A DNA stretch of 64,000 nucleotides, taken from positions 45,883-109,882 of the IMG/VR virus record IMGVR_UViG_3300020316_000005; one strand, written 5' to 3'. Origin of the DNA: a virus. Its lineage: Duplodnaviria; Caudoviricetes. Every line of letters begins with the position of its first letter. Position 1 is the stretch's first letter. This document shows positions 37,501 through 52,500 of this stretch, in pieces. Under the pieces are notes generated by a model, which was not told the origin of the DNA, ran no database searches, and saw only the letters and a program-made list of their open reading frames with translations. A program made the translations under genes and the position numbers.

Positions 37501-40500
37501 GAGTTGCAGGGTTGCAGCATTACCATCGGTGAGCAAGTCGTAAATGAATGCTTTACGGATAGCACTACCGTATGCTTCATCACCACCATAACCACTATAC
37601 TGCTGAGCAGTCTTGTAGTATGCCTCACGGTTGATGTAATTATCGTTGATAATGAGCAGACGTGCTGCCTGACGATACATCTCACCTGCTCTACCCAGAG
37701 TATCCTCAAGAAGATCGAAGAGAACATTGGAAGCAGATCTAACGTTGTAGCAAAGACCACCACCATTATTCAGAGTGTTACCAGTTGCCTTGGTGGTTCT
37801 AACGAGACCACTATTTGTCAACCAGTTGCCGCTACCTGCTGCAGCAGTTTCAACGACGTTGATCACGTAAGAGAACAGGGTGTCAATAGAAGCAGAAACC
37901 AGAGCACAGTCACCGTTACCTGCCATATCATAGGTAATATCGATGTCACGTCTGAGTGCACGCTCACCAGTAAGTGGCCACTCATCAGGAAGTGTTCTCG
38001 TCACACCATTCAGATAAGCCTGAGGGTTAGCAGTTTGCGTGAACAGGTTGATAGGAATACCCATCAGTGTTGTAACTGCTGCTGCCTCATTCTGGCAAGT
38101 AGGGTTAGCACTGTCAGTTGTGATTGTGCTGTCAATCGCTTGAGTTCCTTCTGTTGTACCGTTGGTTGTAACAGACTGATTTCTGAGAACCTCAATAGCA
38201 ATATCGCGTGCCTGTTCCATAATGTACTTGGTCTCAGTTGCCTGAGAAAGCACGTGAACAACTGCGTTAGCGTTGCTGATGTAGAACTCAGTTGCGTAGT
38301 ACATCTTGTTGTTGCCACCGTGCTTCAAGTTGAAGATCAGAGCATTCAGGATGTCAATAACGTCGTCAACACAGTTCTGATAACCACCAGGGATGACGAG
38401 AGAAGGATAGTTTGTGATGCCACGTCCAACTGCAGTTGTAGCAATGAATCTAAGGTTATTTTCAATGCTATTTGCAGAATCGTAGAAACCATTTGCAGTT
38501 GCATTGTTATCATAATCACCGCGAGGGACGCCACCGCCACCGCCGCCACCAAGAGCACCACCGCCTCCAGTGGACTCCTCGAAGGGATTAAACCCAAGCT
38601 TGTTGCGGATCGCGAGAATTGACATATCACGTGCCAACTTATAGGCGTGAACAGTCTCTGCAGATTGATTGGTAACGTGCTGCAGACCCATCTGAGTATC
38701 CAGATAGAGTGCAGATGCGTCGTAAGACTTCTCGTTTACTGTGAATCTGAGGTCGTGGCAGACTGCATTGATGTAATCAACCAGGTCATCTTCACAGTTG
38801 ACCTTACCACCAGGAACTTTGAATCCATTATGCTTAAACGCAGAGGTCTTCATAACCAGATCAACCGCTTCCTCAGCGATGATACGTGCATTTGCCTCTA
38901 GGATGTTTGCAGAATCAAGTGCACGATCGGTACCAGAGAAGATGTGGGGATCGGGAGGATAGAAAGTGCTCTCAGTAATTTCAGCACCATCAACACTGTA
39001 GTTGACAGCAGGATCGTAAACCTTTCTGTATGCGGGGAGGTCAGTGTACTGATACTGATAGAAATCGTTAATTGTTTGAGCGTTAGTTCCAGTCAGGTTA
39101 GCAATGTTCTCATTACGACCAACCAACAGGTTTTCCAGTGCTTTACCACACAGGAACTTCACATCTTCAAATGCATCCAGCATAGGAAGAAGTTCACCTT
39201 CAATGTAGTTGATGTCTTCTTGACTATCCAGGTAAGAATCGATAATACCTTGGATATTGGAGTTACCACCAGTAATCAAGTCACCAGCAACAGCAGGGAT
39301 AATGTGATCTCTGAGATCTCGGATGCACTTCTCTCTGTTGGGGATAGTGAGTTTGCTTTGCTGATAGAACGCAATGTTGACAAGCCATTTCTCTTCCAGC
39401 ATTGCCACTGCCTCATCAGCAATAGACTTACGGTTGAAGTAGAGAAGGTCAGCACCATCACGGAATCTGTGACCAGTTGGAGCAATAACATCCAACATAT
39501 TGTCAATCAGATCAGTAATAAAGGTTGTGATTTGAGAAGACGCTGGTGAAGAGAAGTAGTTGGGAACACGAATTCTGTCGGTATATTCACCAGTCAGATC
39601 ATCTTGGTTTGCAGTGATAACATCAATACAGATCTTACCAACTTCACGCCAGGTATAGATGGACTGGAGAAGTTCACCATTCACGTGCTTCAGAGCACCA
39701 GATCCTTCCAGGTATCCACGACCTGCAACGATAGTGTTGAAGTTGCCACCATAACGAAGATCGTTAATGATTGCGGGGATGATAAAGGAGTGAGTATCAC
39801 GGAGACACTTGTCGGTACCTGTAGTAGCGAGACCAACGTCTCCAGGAATAACAAAGTCAGGATACTTTGCCTTCATACGACCAACTGCTTCTTCTGCAAT
39901 CCAGAAGCGGTTCTTATCAATGATCTCAGCACATTCACGATAATCATCGCGAGAAACATCAACTTCCTCAGTCATAATCTCACTACGCCACAGTTCAACA
40001 CCGTCAGCAGTTGCAGAAGAGATTATGGTCTGACCATAAGTCGCGTAGATTGCAGTAGTTTCCATCGGGAACGGTTGACTACCGTTAAGACCGAATGTGA
40101 CATCAAGACCTTCGTATATTGTAGTGTATACGGTGGGGGGAGTAAAAGTAGAAGAATATGCAGCGGATTTTCTGATGACCATTTGGTCCAGATGTCCGTC
40201 ATAGGTTTCACCATTGTTCCAAGCAGCACCAACCTTGAACGCTGTATCGCCATAGTCGTTATTGTCGGTATAATCAGAACCGACTTGCGTACCGTTCACG
40301 AACATCTTAGTAACGTTCGATGCACGGGAAACAGCGATGTGATACCAGGTATCGATGGTTGTGATAGCACCAGTAGCAGTGATATGGTCACCAGCACCAG
40401 TACCATAACGGAGAGAGGTTCCACTCATAAAGATTGTTGGTGCAACGCTTGAAGATGTGGGACGAGCGTCGATAATTCTTTGAACACCAGTTACGCTGTC

Positions 40501-43500
40501 AGGGCGAATCCAAGCTTCAATAGTGAAGTCGGCAGTACCAAAATTGACTCTTTGGTCAGCAATCATATCAATTTTGCTACCAGATCCACTGAAATCAAGA
40601 GATCCAGGTCCAACACCAAATGTAATGTTGTCTACGGAGACGTTTGCATAGGTAATCTTGGAGTTGGTGATATACTCATTTCCAGAGAACGAACCAGTAA
40701 CACCCTTGGTGTAGATCCACTTGTTACCAGCATTTGTACCGATAATTTCGGCGGTAGCACCAGAGGTGATACCCTTCATCGTGTCACCGAAGTTGAAGAA
40801 TCCACCAGAAGACTTATTACTATAGTTGTGCTTGATAGAACGAATAGTTTCGTTATCTTCAAACGCATAAGGGGGTTCAACACGAGTAACATTACTGATA
40901 GACCACTGATAGGTTGCAGGATCTGCACCTGTAGGATCTTGCAAAGAATCTGTAATGATCTTAATAAAGTTGGTAACAGCAGATGTCTGACTCACGCAAG
41001 CAGTGCTGCTACCGATAGATGTTCTACCATCAGCATAGTTTGCTTGAGGTGCAGTCTTGGTATATGCTGCTTCAAATGCTGCCAAAGTTCCAGGAGATGC
41101 TGTAGTACCCAGAGCATTGATGGGAATATCCATCAGAGTTGTAATTGCAGCAGCAACTGCTTGACAAGTCGGGTTAGCAGGATCGGCAGTAATAGAAGTG
41201 TCAGTCACTTGGTTCCAACCGTGGGAACCTTGCTTAACAACAGCTTCGTTTCTCATAATGCTGATTGCCATCGCCTTTGCCTTGGTGAAGGCATTTACGG
41301 TGTCATCTTCATAGCCAGCAACGTGTGCACCTGCCATATAGTAACGAGTTGCATCGTAAACGAAATCATTACCACCGTGTGCCAAGTTATATGCCATCGA
41401 CTCAACCATATCCACGATGTCGGACAGGCAGTTAACATCTCCACCAGGAACTGTCAGAGATGGATTCTGCACCTTAGCGTAGTGCAGTGATTCGTGTGCG
41501 ATATACCACTTGTTAGCAAGGATCAGTGTACGAGCGTCAGCGTGACTGTTGCTAACAACTTCATATTCAGGAGTTAGAGTCAGATCCTTCCACTGAGTCA
41601 GATTTGTATACTCAGTATCAATATTCTCCATTCTGATGCACTTCAGAGCAAGATCTCTTGCTGCGTTCATTGCATAGATGGTTTGAGGAACTGCACCGTC
41701 AAGATGGTAGATTGCCTGGTTCTGGACATATGTGTTAGCAATATCCCAGATCTCAGAGTTGCCATCAAACTCAAGTTGCCAAGCAGCTGCGTTGATAACA
41801 TCAACGATGTCATCCATACAATCCTGATTACCACCAACACTATTGATACTAAAGGAGGGGTAGAAATTCAACATATCACCCACGGCTTCTTCAGCAATGA
41901 AGCGTGCATTCTTCACCAATGCGTCAGATGCGTTCTTAGCACGAGTATCAGTAACTTGCTTGAGAGAAGAGTTGCCGAAGTAAATCTTCTTCAATCTGAT
42001 ATTGGTTCCAGGTGCAAAATCGGTACCAGTCAGCTGATCGTAACGAATTTCTTGGTTGCGAACAGACTCAAAGTCAAGGAAATCTTGGTTATTAGGAGTC
42101 TCAAGATCATTGAGTTCTGTTGGGTTAATAACAGTTTCACCAATGTCGTCAAGAATGACGTTCGGGAATGTTGTTGAGGGAACTCTCTGGAAGACAAGAG
42201 CAAAGAACGAAGATGCAGGAGACAAATCAACCTGGTCAATAACCTGATTGCTAGTATCATCGGTATATGGAGCGATGACAGTAACAGTTGCGGCAATTTT
42301 AGATCTGGAAGAGTAGATAACATCGTTGAACTTGATGTTAAATTCACCAGTCTCAAACTTATCAGTACCAGAAGTACGAGAAACGACCAAATCAGTACCA
42401 ATAACACCACCAGACAAGTTATTTTCTTCAATAATTGCAAAGTCGCCCTTGAGGTTGGTGATTCTCTCACCTTGTTCAAAGATCGTCTTAGAAGTAACGG
42501 GGTTTACAGTTGCAAGAGTGGAGTTGAATCCAGTTGCACTACTCAGAATTTGTTCGTTGGTTTGGAATGTACCTTCAATATCAAAAACATCGATGTAGTC
42601 AACACCAGAATCAATAACAGTTGCGGTTGCCTCAGAAACAATACCTCTAACAGTATTACCAGTCAGCGGGAAGATACCACCAATATTGCTGAACGTTAAA
42701 CGGGTCAGAGAAATTTGAGAATATGTAAGTTCACGGAATTTAATTCTAGAAGGTGCCTTTGGAGGTTCAGAGAACACAATAGAAGGACCAGCAGTAGAGA
42801 ATGATTCTTGAGGTGCCTGTGCAACACCGTTAATCAACACAAACATCTGAGTTTCAGTTGCTGTGATAGATTCACCCTCAACATTCAGCGGGAACTGAGT
42901 TTTAATACCATTGAAGTCACCAGAAACATCATCGATCTTCTTAACGATAGAGGTTAGAATTTCCTCAGAGTTAGTAAGTCTCTTCTGTCTGAAAAGTACC
43001 TCAGTGTTATTGAACTGGGTATAGATCGGTTGTGCGTTAGCAAATGATGTAATTTCATTGATATTAGTGAAGGAGTTGATATTAACTTCCTTGATCAAGT
43101 CGGAAATAACTTTACGACCCGAAATATCCTTACCACCCGTGATTGCTAGTTCACCGAAGAGGTTGAAACCAACAGGGTGATTTGTTTCCAGAACAGACTT
43201 TCTCCAGTCGTTAATAGGTGTCTGAGACTTAATAACGTAAGAGAAGTTCTGATAGAAATAAGAATCTTGGATCTTCTGAACGATTTCGGAGGGTTTACCC
43301 ACGTCATCGATAAACTGACCAGGTGTATTAGTCAGAGATGCAATGTTCAGAGTACCGCGAGCAATAGACAGGTTATCAACCAAACCAGATGCACGAGACA
43401 CCTGACCAGTTACACGCTCACCTTCTTTCCAGATACCATCATAGTTTTCAAGTTTCAGGATACGAGGACCGATCTGCCAACCTTCGTTAGTAGAAACATA

Positions 43501-46500
43501 ACCAGTTGCAGATGCAAGTTCCAGCGAAGAACCCTGATAAACAAGTTCACCTTCAAGGAATCTGGAGGTTTCAACGATTGCAGTCGCTTGACCACCGAAC
43601 ACTTCGGTCAACAGAACCTGACGACCTTCACCTTGAGTCAAGAATGTGATGAAAGAACCAGATTCTGCATCAAGTTTGGTCAGTGCAATACGAAGTTGGT
43701 CGGATTCCAAAGAGTTTTGCTCACCAGCGATTGCATAGTAAGTCTGATTAGGGTTCAAGCTAACCAAACCTGCAGAACTCGGTTTCGGCAAAATACCAAC
43801 CGTAGAACCAAGATCTTCTGCTCTCAACTGCACTTCTGCACCAGTTGTGATGCCGTGCGGGAAGTTGAACTGCAAATAACCCAAGTCAACGTTGACAACG
43901 TAGTTAAATTCAGACTTCAGGGTAACAGTCGGTTCGGAAGAATAACCAGAACCAGGGTTTTTGATGATAACTTCAGAAAGTCTGTTGTTCTTGACGATTG
44001 CTTCTGCTTCTGCACCAGATCCACCGCCACCACTGATAACCACAGCAGGAACGGAGGTGTAACCAGAACCAGGATCGGTGATCTTGATTTCTGACAGAAT
44101 AGCGGTATTAAACAGTTGAAGGTTGACAGGGAAAGTAATTTCGGGTCTCAGAGTATAGTCGTGAGAATAACCGAAACCAAATTCGTTGTTCTTCAGCTTC
44201 TTAATCTTACCGATGCTCTTACCTTGCAGGAACACCGATGCACCCGAACCTTCATCAGGAATCACAACTTCAAGTTGTGCACCAGAACCTGCAAGCAGGG
44301 GTCCAAGGATGCCAGGAATAGCATCAACGTCGATAGATGCAGTTTTATATCCTTTACCAGCAGACGTGAGAGTGACATCGGTGATAACACCAGTGAAATC
44401 TCCATCATCCTGAACTGTAATGTTACAACTTGCACCTTCACCATCACCAGTAATAGGTACGTTGTAATAAATACCGTTCACATATTCAGTACCACCGTTG
44501 AGAATACGAACTTTTTCGATCTCTCTGTTCGATGCGATGTCTGTAACGATGGGAAGTTTCTGGTAGAAACCACCTGGGTTGACAAGCTTGATGCTTGCAA
44601 TAGGTCCAATCGCTTTTGGAGAGGTTGTAGAATAGAGGGAACGTGGGTTTCCAAACTCATTATTACCAACGGGAGCGATAGTCTTCTCAGGTTCAACGAG
44701 AAGTGGGAAATCGAAGGTAGTTCCTTGAGTTCCAGTTGCAGAAACTCTAAATCTACCAGAATAAGGACTCTGGATAACGTCAATAAAGGATCCTTCACCA
44801 ACAGGAGAGTCTGCTCCAGTTCTAGATGGATCAAAATAGTATGAAATGTTGGTAACAGAGTCTGTAACGATGAATTTAACCAACGGAGTAGGCGAATCAT
44901 CGTCAGTTAGACCAGGTGTACCCTCTCTAATGATGTTAATAAACGGATATTCCAGTTTGTACTGATTATCCTTAGAGAAAGACAGATAATAACCGAGGTT
45001 TGATGGATCATCCAGGTCAAAAATGTACTGGTGATAGCGAACAAACAGCAGTTTGGGGTGCTTGGCGTAGATATTGACGTTGGAAACAGAAGAACCTGTG
45101 CCTGAGAATGTGGGATCCTGAACAGCAGTTGCTCTCAAACGGAATGTAAACTCTCTAGAACTAAAGACTTCTTCAACAAAGAAGGATCCGTTGTAGTCAT
45201 TAGTGGCAAATCTCTCTGTAAAGATGATTTCATTTGCCTCAAAGTTGTGTCTGCTGTTAGCAGAGCAGTATACAAGGTCCGTATTTGCAAGAGCAGAAGC
45301 AGGAATAACGTCTTTGTCAAGTGTAGCAATCAAAGAGAACTTCTTGACACCGATCAATCCAGCAAATGTAGCAATCTTGCCAGTTGCATCAACAGTAAAT
45401 TGCAGGTTGACTGCATCTGCGTCAATGGTGTCGCCCTTAATAAAGGTGGAATCACCATAGATTTCTTCAATCTTAATAGTATAATCTTCTGCAGCAAATG
45501 CTCTCCACGAAGTAAACGCTCCCAGAGTGCTGCCATTGTAAGCAGTATTTGCCAGATCAACGTCGAAACTGCCAGAAACACTGGTGAAAGACCAGTTGAC
45601 ATTACCATCGGTCACAATACCAGTGGTGTGCTCTGGTTCCAAAGGACCAGAAACGCCTGTAGAAGTTGCAGTGTAAACCTTACCAGCATTGTAAACAACA
45701 TCACCAACAGTATATGAGAAGTTCTCAACCCATTGAGGTGTTGTAGTTTCAACAGTGAAGTTACGATCAAGAGTATTGATGTCACCTGCCGTTGACTTCA
45801 GGAGTTTTGTGGTGTCAAAGTTACCAATAATCTTACCGATCTTTGCATAGTTTGTTCCAGCTTCAACGATTGTTCCATATGCAGAAACAACATCGCTTCC
45901 ACCAATCACAGAATACTGCTGTAGGATAGAACCTTTAGTGAAAGATGCAGGTTGATTGAATGTAAGCGTCTTAACAAGGTCAATACTGTTATACTTTGCA
46001 TCACGCAAGTAGAACTTGGGAATGACAGTTGCAGAAAGTAGAAGCTTCGTACCACCCTGTGTAGGAATAGTTGCAGTTCTCTCACTATACTTCTCTGAAG
46101 TATCTGTAAATGTGTAGATACCAGGAACGTGAGTGGAGGTTACATCAGAATAATCAAGAATCTGAATACCTGCAGGACCAATAACCCAAGGATTGATAGT
46201 AACGGGTTGGGTATTAAACGTATAACCACTCTCAGCGGCGGTTACAAGAGTGTGACCTGTCTCAACATCATCAAGGTTAAAGGTGCCAAGTTTCGTCTTG
46301 TCCTTATCAATCTTGTAGAGGAATGCTTGAGTTGCGCTGTTTGTACCAGCAACAACTGCAGCGGTAAATGAATCGTTATATTTGAATGCTGGGGTGACAA
46401 CAAAGTTATCAACCCATCCCATCCAGGTATTGGTGGAATTCGGTGTGGATACAGGTCCAAGGGTTGCATCCTTAAGATTGACATCAACAGTTGTGCTCAA

Positions 46501-49500
46501 AGTTTCGAGAGCAAGTGTACCGTTAATGAAAACACGATAACGATAGTTACCAACACCAGGACGCTCCTTAGTGAATGCAACGTGAACGAAGCTTTCACCA
46601 TTGAACGCTGCACGATAAGTTGCTGCAGCAGAATATGTTGTGGATCCTCCAATATCAATAAACACCTTACCATTATTGGCATCTGATTGATCAGCAATAA
46701 GACCACACTTAACAGTGTTGCTCAGAGCATCAGAAACAGAGAAGAACTCAGGTTCAGTGTTATTTGCAGTGTAGGTAGCTGCAGGCATTGCGAAATAAGC
46801 TTCAGATGCCCACTCAGTTGCTACATCAGAACCATATTGAAGAACAAGTGAGTTGAAGTCTGTGATCTGAACAGAAGATGCACCATCTTGCTTTTTAGAA
46901 GTATCGATAGTTGCAAAGGCAGGATCATACCAAGCCTTGTTCGTACCAGTTTTCAGAGTGTCATTGTAAGTTTCATCAAGCAGATTATCGGCAGTGTTCC
47001 AGTTGAAGATTGCAAGTTGATCTGCTTCAACCTTATTACCGATAACAACTGTGTCGCCAGAGTTATCACTTGACAAGTCAACAGCGTGATAACCAATACC
47101 ACTACTCTCACTTGCAGAGGAAGCACTGATAATGTTGCCACTATTCCAAGAAATCTTCAGAGTTGTGGACTGAACATCATTAAATGCCTTAGTGACAGAG
47201 ACTCCAAGGTCAATGTTACCAAACACGTCGAACTTAATACCAGCATTGTGGCATCCATCATAGGTTCCAGTAGGAACATAAATCTTGTGCTCAACAGGTG
47301 TAGTGTAGTCATTATTATCAAACTTGACGTACAACACACCATAATTCTTGTCCTGAGCATTCACAGCAGTTGCTGCGACATATACAGCACCATATTCATC
47401 AATGGTGAAGGTGGGGTGCATAAACTTGTATGCGCCACTCTCAATTTTCTTTGCCCACTGCAGTTCAACAGTTGCAGTATCGTAGTAAGTTTCACCAAGA
47501 ATAATATCACTTGCACCAGCAGGATCAGAAATACCGATGAACATAAAGGTGTCATTGGATTTCCATTGGAGATCCACCAGATGCTCACTACCACTTTCAG
47601 AAGCAATCTTACGCTTCTCCATAATGGTGCCGTCAATATCCAGCAGTGCTACCCACATATCGTCGGGAGCAAGGGAGTTTGCATCGGTATAACCACCAAT
47701 CATCACCCTACCATCTTGATCTAGGGCAATAGATGATGCATAGTCACGTCTGGTGCTACCAGAGATACCAGCAATATCACGTTGCCACTGGATAATACCA
47801 TCAGGGTTGTTAGCATTATCGAAACCAGATCTATACTTAGCAACAACAACGTCAGGATTGTGTGTAAGGTTAACACTGTTGGGGACAGTCTCACCAACAA
47901 CATAGATGTTGTGGGGATTGCTGTTTTCAACATACAGTGCTTTCCATTCCAAACTCTTGGTCCCTGATGCGGGAACAGTTGGGAACAATGTACGCTGCCA
48001 GAGAAGACGACCATCGCTGTTGAACTTAGCGAGGATACCAGCGGTATCACCGTCAGACTTTACAGTTTTACCACAAACATAGATTGTCCTGTCATCTGCA
48101 ACTTTAACATCAGTGATAGTAGTTGTAGATGCATTTTCCTTCAAGAAGGACAGGAAGTAAGTTGCTTTCTTAAATCTCTGTGGGTGAGAGACACGAATTT
48201 GAGGGGGTTCGTCCTTATCGTATCCAGAACCAGAGTTAATAATATTAACAGTGTTAACAGCACCCGCTTCTGTTCTTGGGATGTCAATTCTAAAGTCTTG
48301 ACCAGTGGAAGAGATAACCTCATATGTGGGAGGTAGTTCTTCGGAGTAACCAGAACCAGCTTGAGTAACAGTAACAGATTCAACACCAGAGATGACCTTA
48401 ACCTTAAAGGTCTTGTTGGTATCGTCGATAATAGGTGTACTTTGGACGATAACTTCATCGCCAACACGCAATTCGTGCTCATCGGGAGTGGTGATACGTC
48501 CATAAGGAGTATCATTTGACATATAACTGGAATAACCAGAAATTGTCAGACCCTTAACAGCATCAACTTTTGCAGATGCACCGAAACCTTCAGTGCCCTC
48601 ATTATCAAAGTACAGTTTGTCACTGACTTTATAGGAGATACCAGGGTTCTCAATAACAAATCCGTCAACTTGAGCATCCTCAAACTTGGTAGTTGTTTCA
48701 ATGTCAATGTCAACTTCAGAACGAGTAGAAACTCTAGGATAGTAATCAAAGAGTTGCAGGACAGGTTCTTCAGCAATATTGATTGTTGCGGTAGATTCAT
48801 CACCATCAATGATACCGTTTCTGTTAGTATCTTCGATTTCAAAGATTAGATCAAGACCTTCTTCTGTAACAAGAGTATCGGTGTCTTGGTTGGGTTGACG
48901 GTCAATATCAATATCAACATCCTCATATGGATCACGGAAGCGAACCACATCTGCTGGGATATTAGTCTGAACAGCATTCTGAGAGTAGTTCCACTGATCG
49001 GGAGAAGAATACAGTTGAGGACCGCAAACATACGGGAAAACTGGATTACCGAAGTCAGATGCATCAATAGAAACAAAGTATGCATACACACCCTCGGGGA
49101 ACTGTGGTGTTTTACAGAAACGACCGTTATATTGGTCTAGATCGCCCTCTTGGAAGACATACTCATAGTCATCAATGAATGAACCCGCAGGATAGTCAGT
49201 GAGAAGTGGACCATCTGCACGCACAGGGTTTGGATTTGTTGCAGCATCATATACCAGTGCATCCTTAACCTTGTAAGAAGAACGGATTCTTCTAATGCCA
49301 GAAGACTGGTCGGTAGCATCGATATAACCATATGGACCATAAATCGGGTTACCATCAAATGCCCATCCAAGAATTGGGGAGTGAACATAACCAGTAGACA
49401 GTTCTTGGAGTTGACCAGTTGACTGATTTCTGAACACGTTGTCTCCAAGAACGTATCTCAGTTGCTTAGGATCGGAAACGTGTGCATATTCACCGCCATA

Positions 49501-52500
49501 TTGGGTGTTATATCCAGCAAACACGTAACCACGCGCTGCGTCAAAGTTCAGAGACAGTTCATCTTGAAGGTTACGAGTCCATTCAAAGACATTTGCAGAG
49601 AATTGTGCTTGCTCACCAATAGATTCAAGGCGGATGGTAGTCATTCCAGTGGAATAACCAATACCTCTGTTTACAACAGTAACGCCAATAACCTTACCTC
49701 TATCCTCACCAATGGTACCAATAGTTGCTCTAGCAACAGCACCATAACCATCACCATTGATAACAACTTCAGGTGCAGTGGTATATCCTCTACCAGCAGC
49801 AATGATAGCGATAGAAACGATACGACCATTGATAATAATTGGTTGTGCAACAGCACCTTCACCCGAATTCAGTTTAATTTCAGGAGATAGTGTGTACGAG
49901 CTACCAGAGTTGGTAACAGATACGGATTGAATCGGACCACGAACTGATGCTGTTGCAGTACAACCTGTTCCACCCCCACCAGAAACAGAAACGGTGGGTT
50001 GTGATGTATATCCTTGACCTGGCGATTCGACCAGAATTCTACTAACTACACCATTGGTAATAACAGCGGTAGCAGTAGCGCCGAATCCACCACCACCCAC
50101 GATAGAAACAAGAGGGCTGCTAGTGTAACCAGTACCGCCAGAAGTAACTTCGATTTCATAAAGAGATCCATTGACGACAACAGTTGCTGCACCACCAGAT
50201 CCACCGCCACCATTGACTTCAATGACTGGTGGAGATGCTGCGTCATAACCCTTACCAGGATTATCGATGGTGATACTCGTCACACCACCGAACTTAATCT
50301 TGCTATTGGATTTATAGGACCAAGCGGAAACGCCGTTAACCCAAGCACCAACAGGACCAAACTTGACATCTTCACGCTTAGAAACTGTGTTAATGACGCG
50401 AGGAATACGAATCAGTTTGCGCTGGTTACCAGGAAGCAGTGCAGATCCAAGGAAAGGACCAACCTCATAGTTGGGAATACCAGATGAAGCAATATATGAA
50501 TACTGCTCATTGAAGAAAGTGTTCTGGACGTTAGTGGTAAAGTCCTTAATAGCGATGTTGATACCGCTTTCTGAGGACTTACCTTTGTTCAGATCAACTG
50601 AAAGAAGGATATTACCTTGGGGAGCATTAGGTGCTGGTTGTGGAATATTGTATTCAAATACAGTATTGCTCAAACGAGATGTCACCAGGAATGTGCCGTT
50701 GAACACTGTTGGGTTTGCACCATAGATGGTAACAGAGTCACCAACCAACAAACCGTGGTTATTGGAGCAAGTAACAGTTGCAGTTTGGTTATTGAGACCA
50801 CCAGGGACAATACCAGTAACCTGAATCAGTTTCTTAACGTTGTACAACCAAGATGTGATTCTTTGATCGTCACTTGTAGAACCAAGAGACGCAACATTCA
50901 GTTTGTCACCAGGCAGATAGTAAGAACCTGTGTCGGAAAGAACCGTAGACTTAGCGTCTGCAATACCCAGAACGCGCAGTTTCAGTTCATTTGTCGCACC
51001 CCGATTGACATAAACAAAGACATCGGAGTAAATTTGCGTGCCAGCATCCCAATCTTCTACAACACCGTTCTTAGAACGAGTACATTCAATGAACTGGTTG
51101 AGTGTTTTTTCCTTATATTGAACAACTTCTTCATCATTGATACGGATTGTTCCGTTTCTTTCTGGCCAACCAATCGTAGAGTCAACCGTAATAATACTTT
51201 CTGTAGTGTCAAGTGCCTCAACCAGAGTCGTCTTATACGGAATAGAGAACTGACCTTGCAGAGTTTCTTCAGAAATTGCGAGTTCATACACGGTGCCTAC
51301 ACCAGTATTGATCGCAATCACGTTTTCAATCAGTGCAGATGCCGCGCCAACAGTCGTATCAACCGCATCTCGGTATTGGAACAACTGTGAATCCAGCAAA
51401 TCACGCGGATCACCACTCAAAAGTTCCGCACGAAGGACGGTATCGACGTTCCAAGTTGCGGCAGATGGTTTGATAACCTCATCTTTCGGGTATGAAACAT
51501 CAACATTCTCCGAGAACAGCATCTTGAACAGATACTGTGTGGAGATTTTCGTACCTTTTGAAGAGTAGAAGTCGCTGATCGTCTTAATGATCTGCGGAGC
51601 ATTTACTTTATTATAGTCAATTTCTGCATTTGGCAGATACTGATTGATATATCTACGATAAAGTTCCTTGGCAAACAGGTTGTCAAGGTTGTGAATAGTC
51701 GAACCAACAGCGTGAGAAGACTGAATTGTGTCGGACTCTTTGCTGTAAATTTGGTTTCCTTTCTGAGAATACGCTGAAACAGCGGAAACACCACGCTTAC
51801 AATTTACAAAAGCAGAGGGTTGATAACCAGATCCAGCGTTATGAATAGTGAAACCAGTAATTTCACCAAAACCAACATCACAAGATGCCTCAGGTGCAGG
51901 AGGTGCAGCGATGAAAACCTTTGGAGGTTCAGTATCGGAGTAACCCTCACCGAAACTGGTAATGTTGATGTCGGTGATTTCACCGTTAAAGATGGTAGCA
52001 ACTGCTGTTGCACCAGTACCACCAATAGGATTATTAGCAACGTCTTTGCGGTTATCGACGATATACACAGAAGGTGCATCGGTATAACCTTTACCACCAG
52101 TCAACAGTTCGATGTTGGTGACTCTGCCACCAGTAACATTCACATCGAGAATCTGTGCGCCAACAGGATCAATGATTTTTGCTCTAGGAACAGTTTCGTA
52201 TCCTTGACCACCACTGAGAACTTCAATTCTGTCGAGTCTACCGTCAGCATCGAGGTGTGCCATAACGGATGCAACGATTGCATTTGAACCCGTTGGAGGA
52301 TCGATGTATACGAGAGGAGCAGTAGTATATCCACCACCACGATCAACAACAGTGAAAGAATCTGCATCGATTCTTCCATCTGTCAAAGTGGGACCACTGA
52401 TGATTGCACCACCAGGATTCGTGAACTTAATAGAAGGAATTCTGTCATATCCAGAACCAGAAGACAGAACATTCAGCTGAACGACACCTTCAATGTCATC

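Noticed and set aside
36805-38622. 605-aa plus-strand ORF (and others such as 334-1248, 14256-15371, 40480-41490, 43177-44094)
   Set aside because: They lie antisense to clear structural genes and have no recognisable motifs. Their S/C/T/N-rich composition is what codon bias on the coding strand produces.
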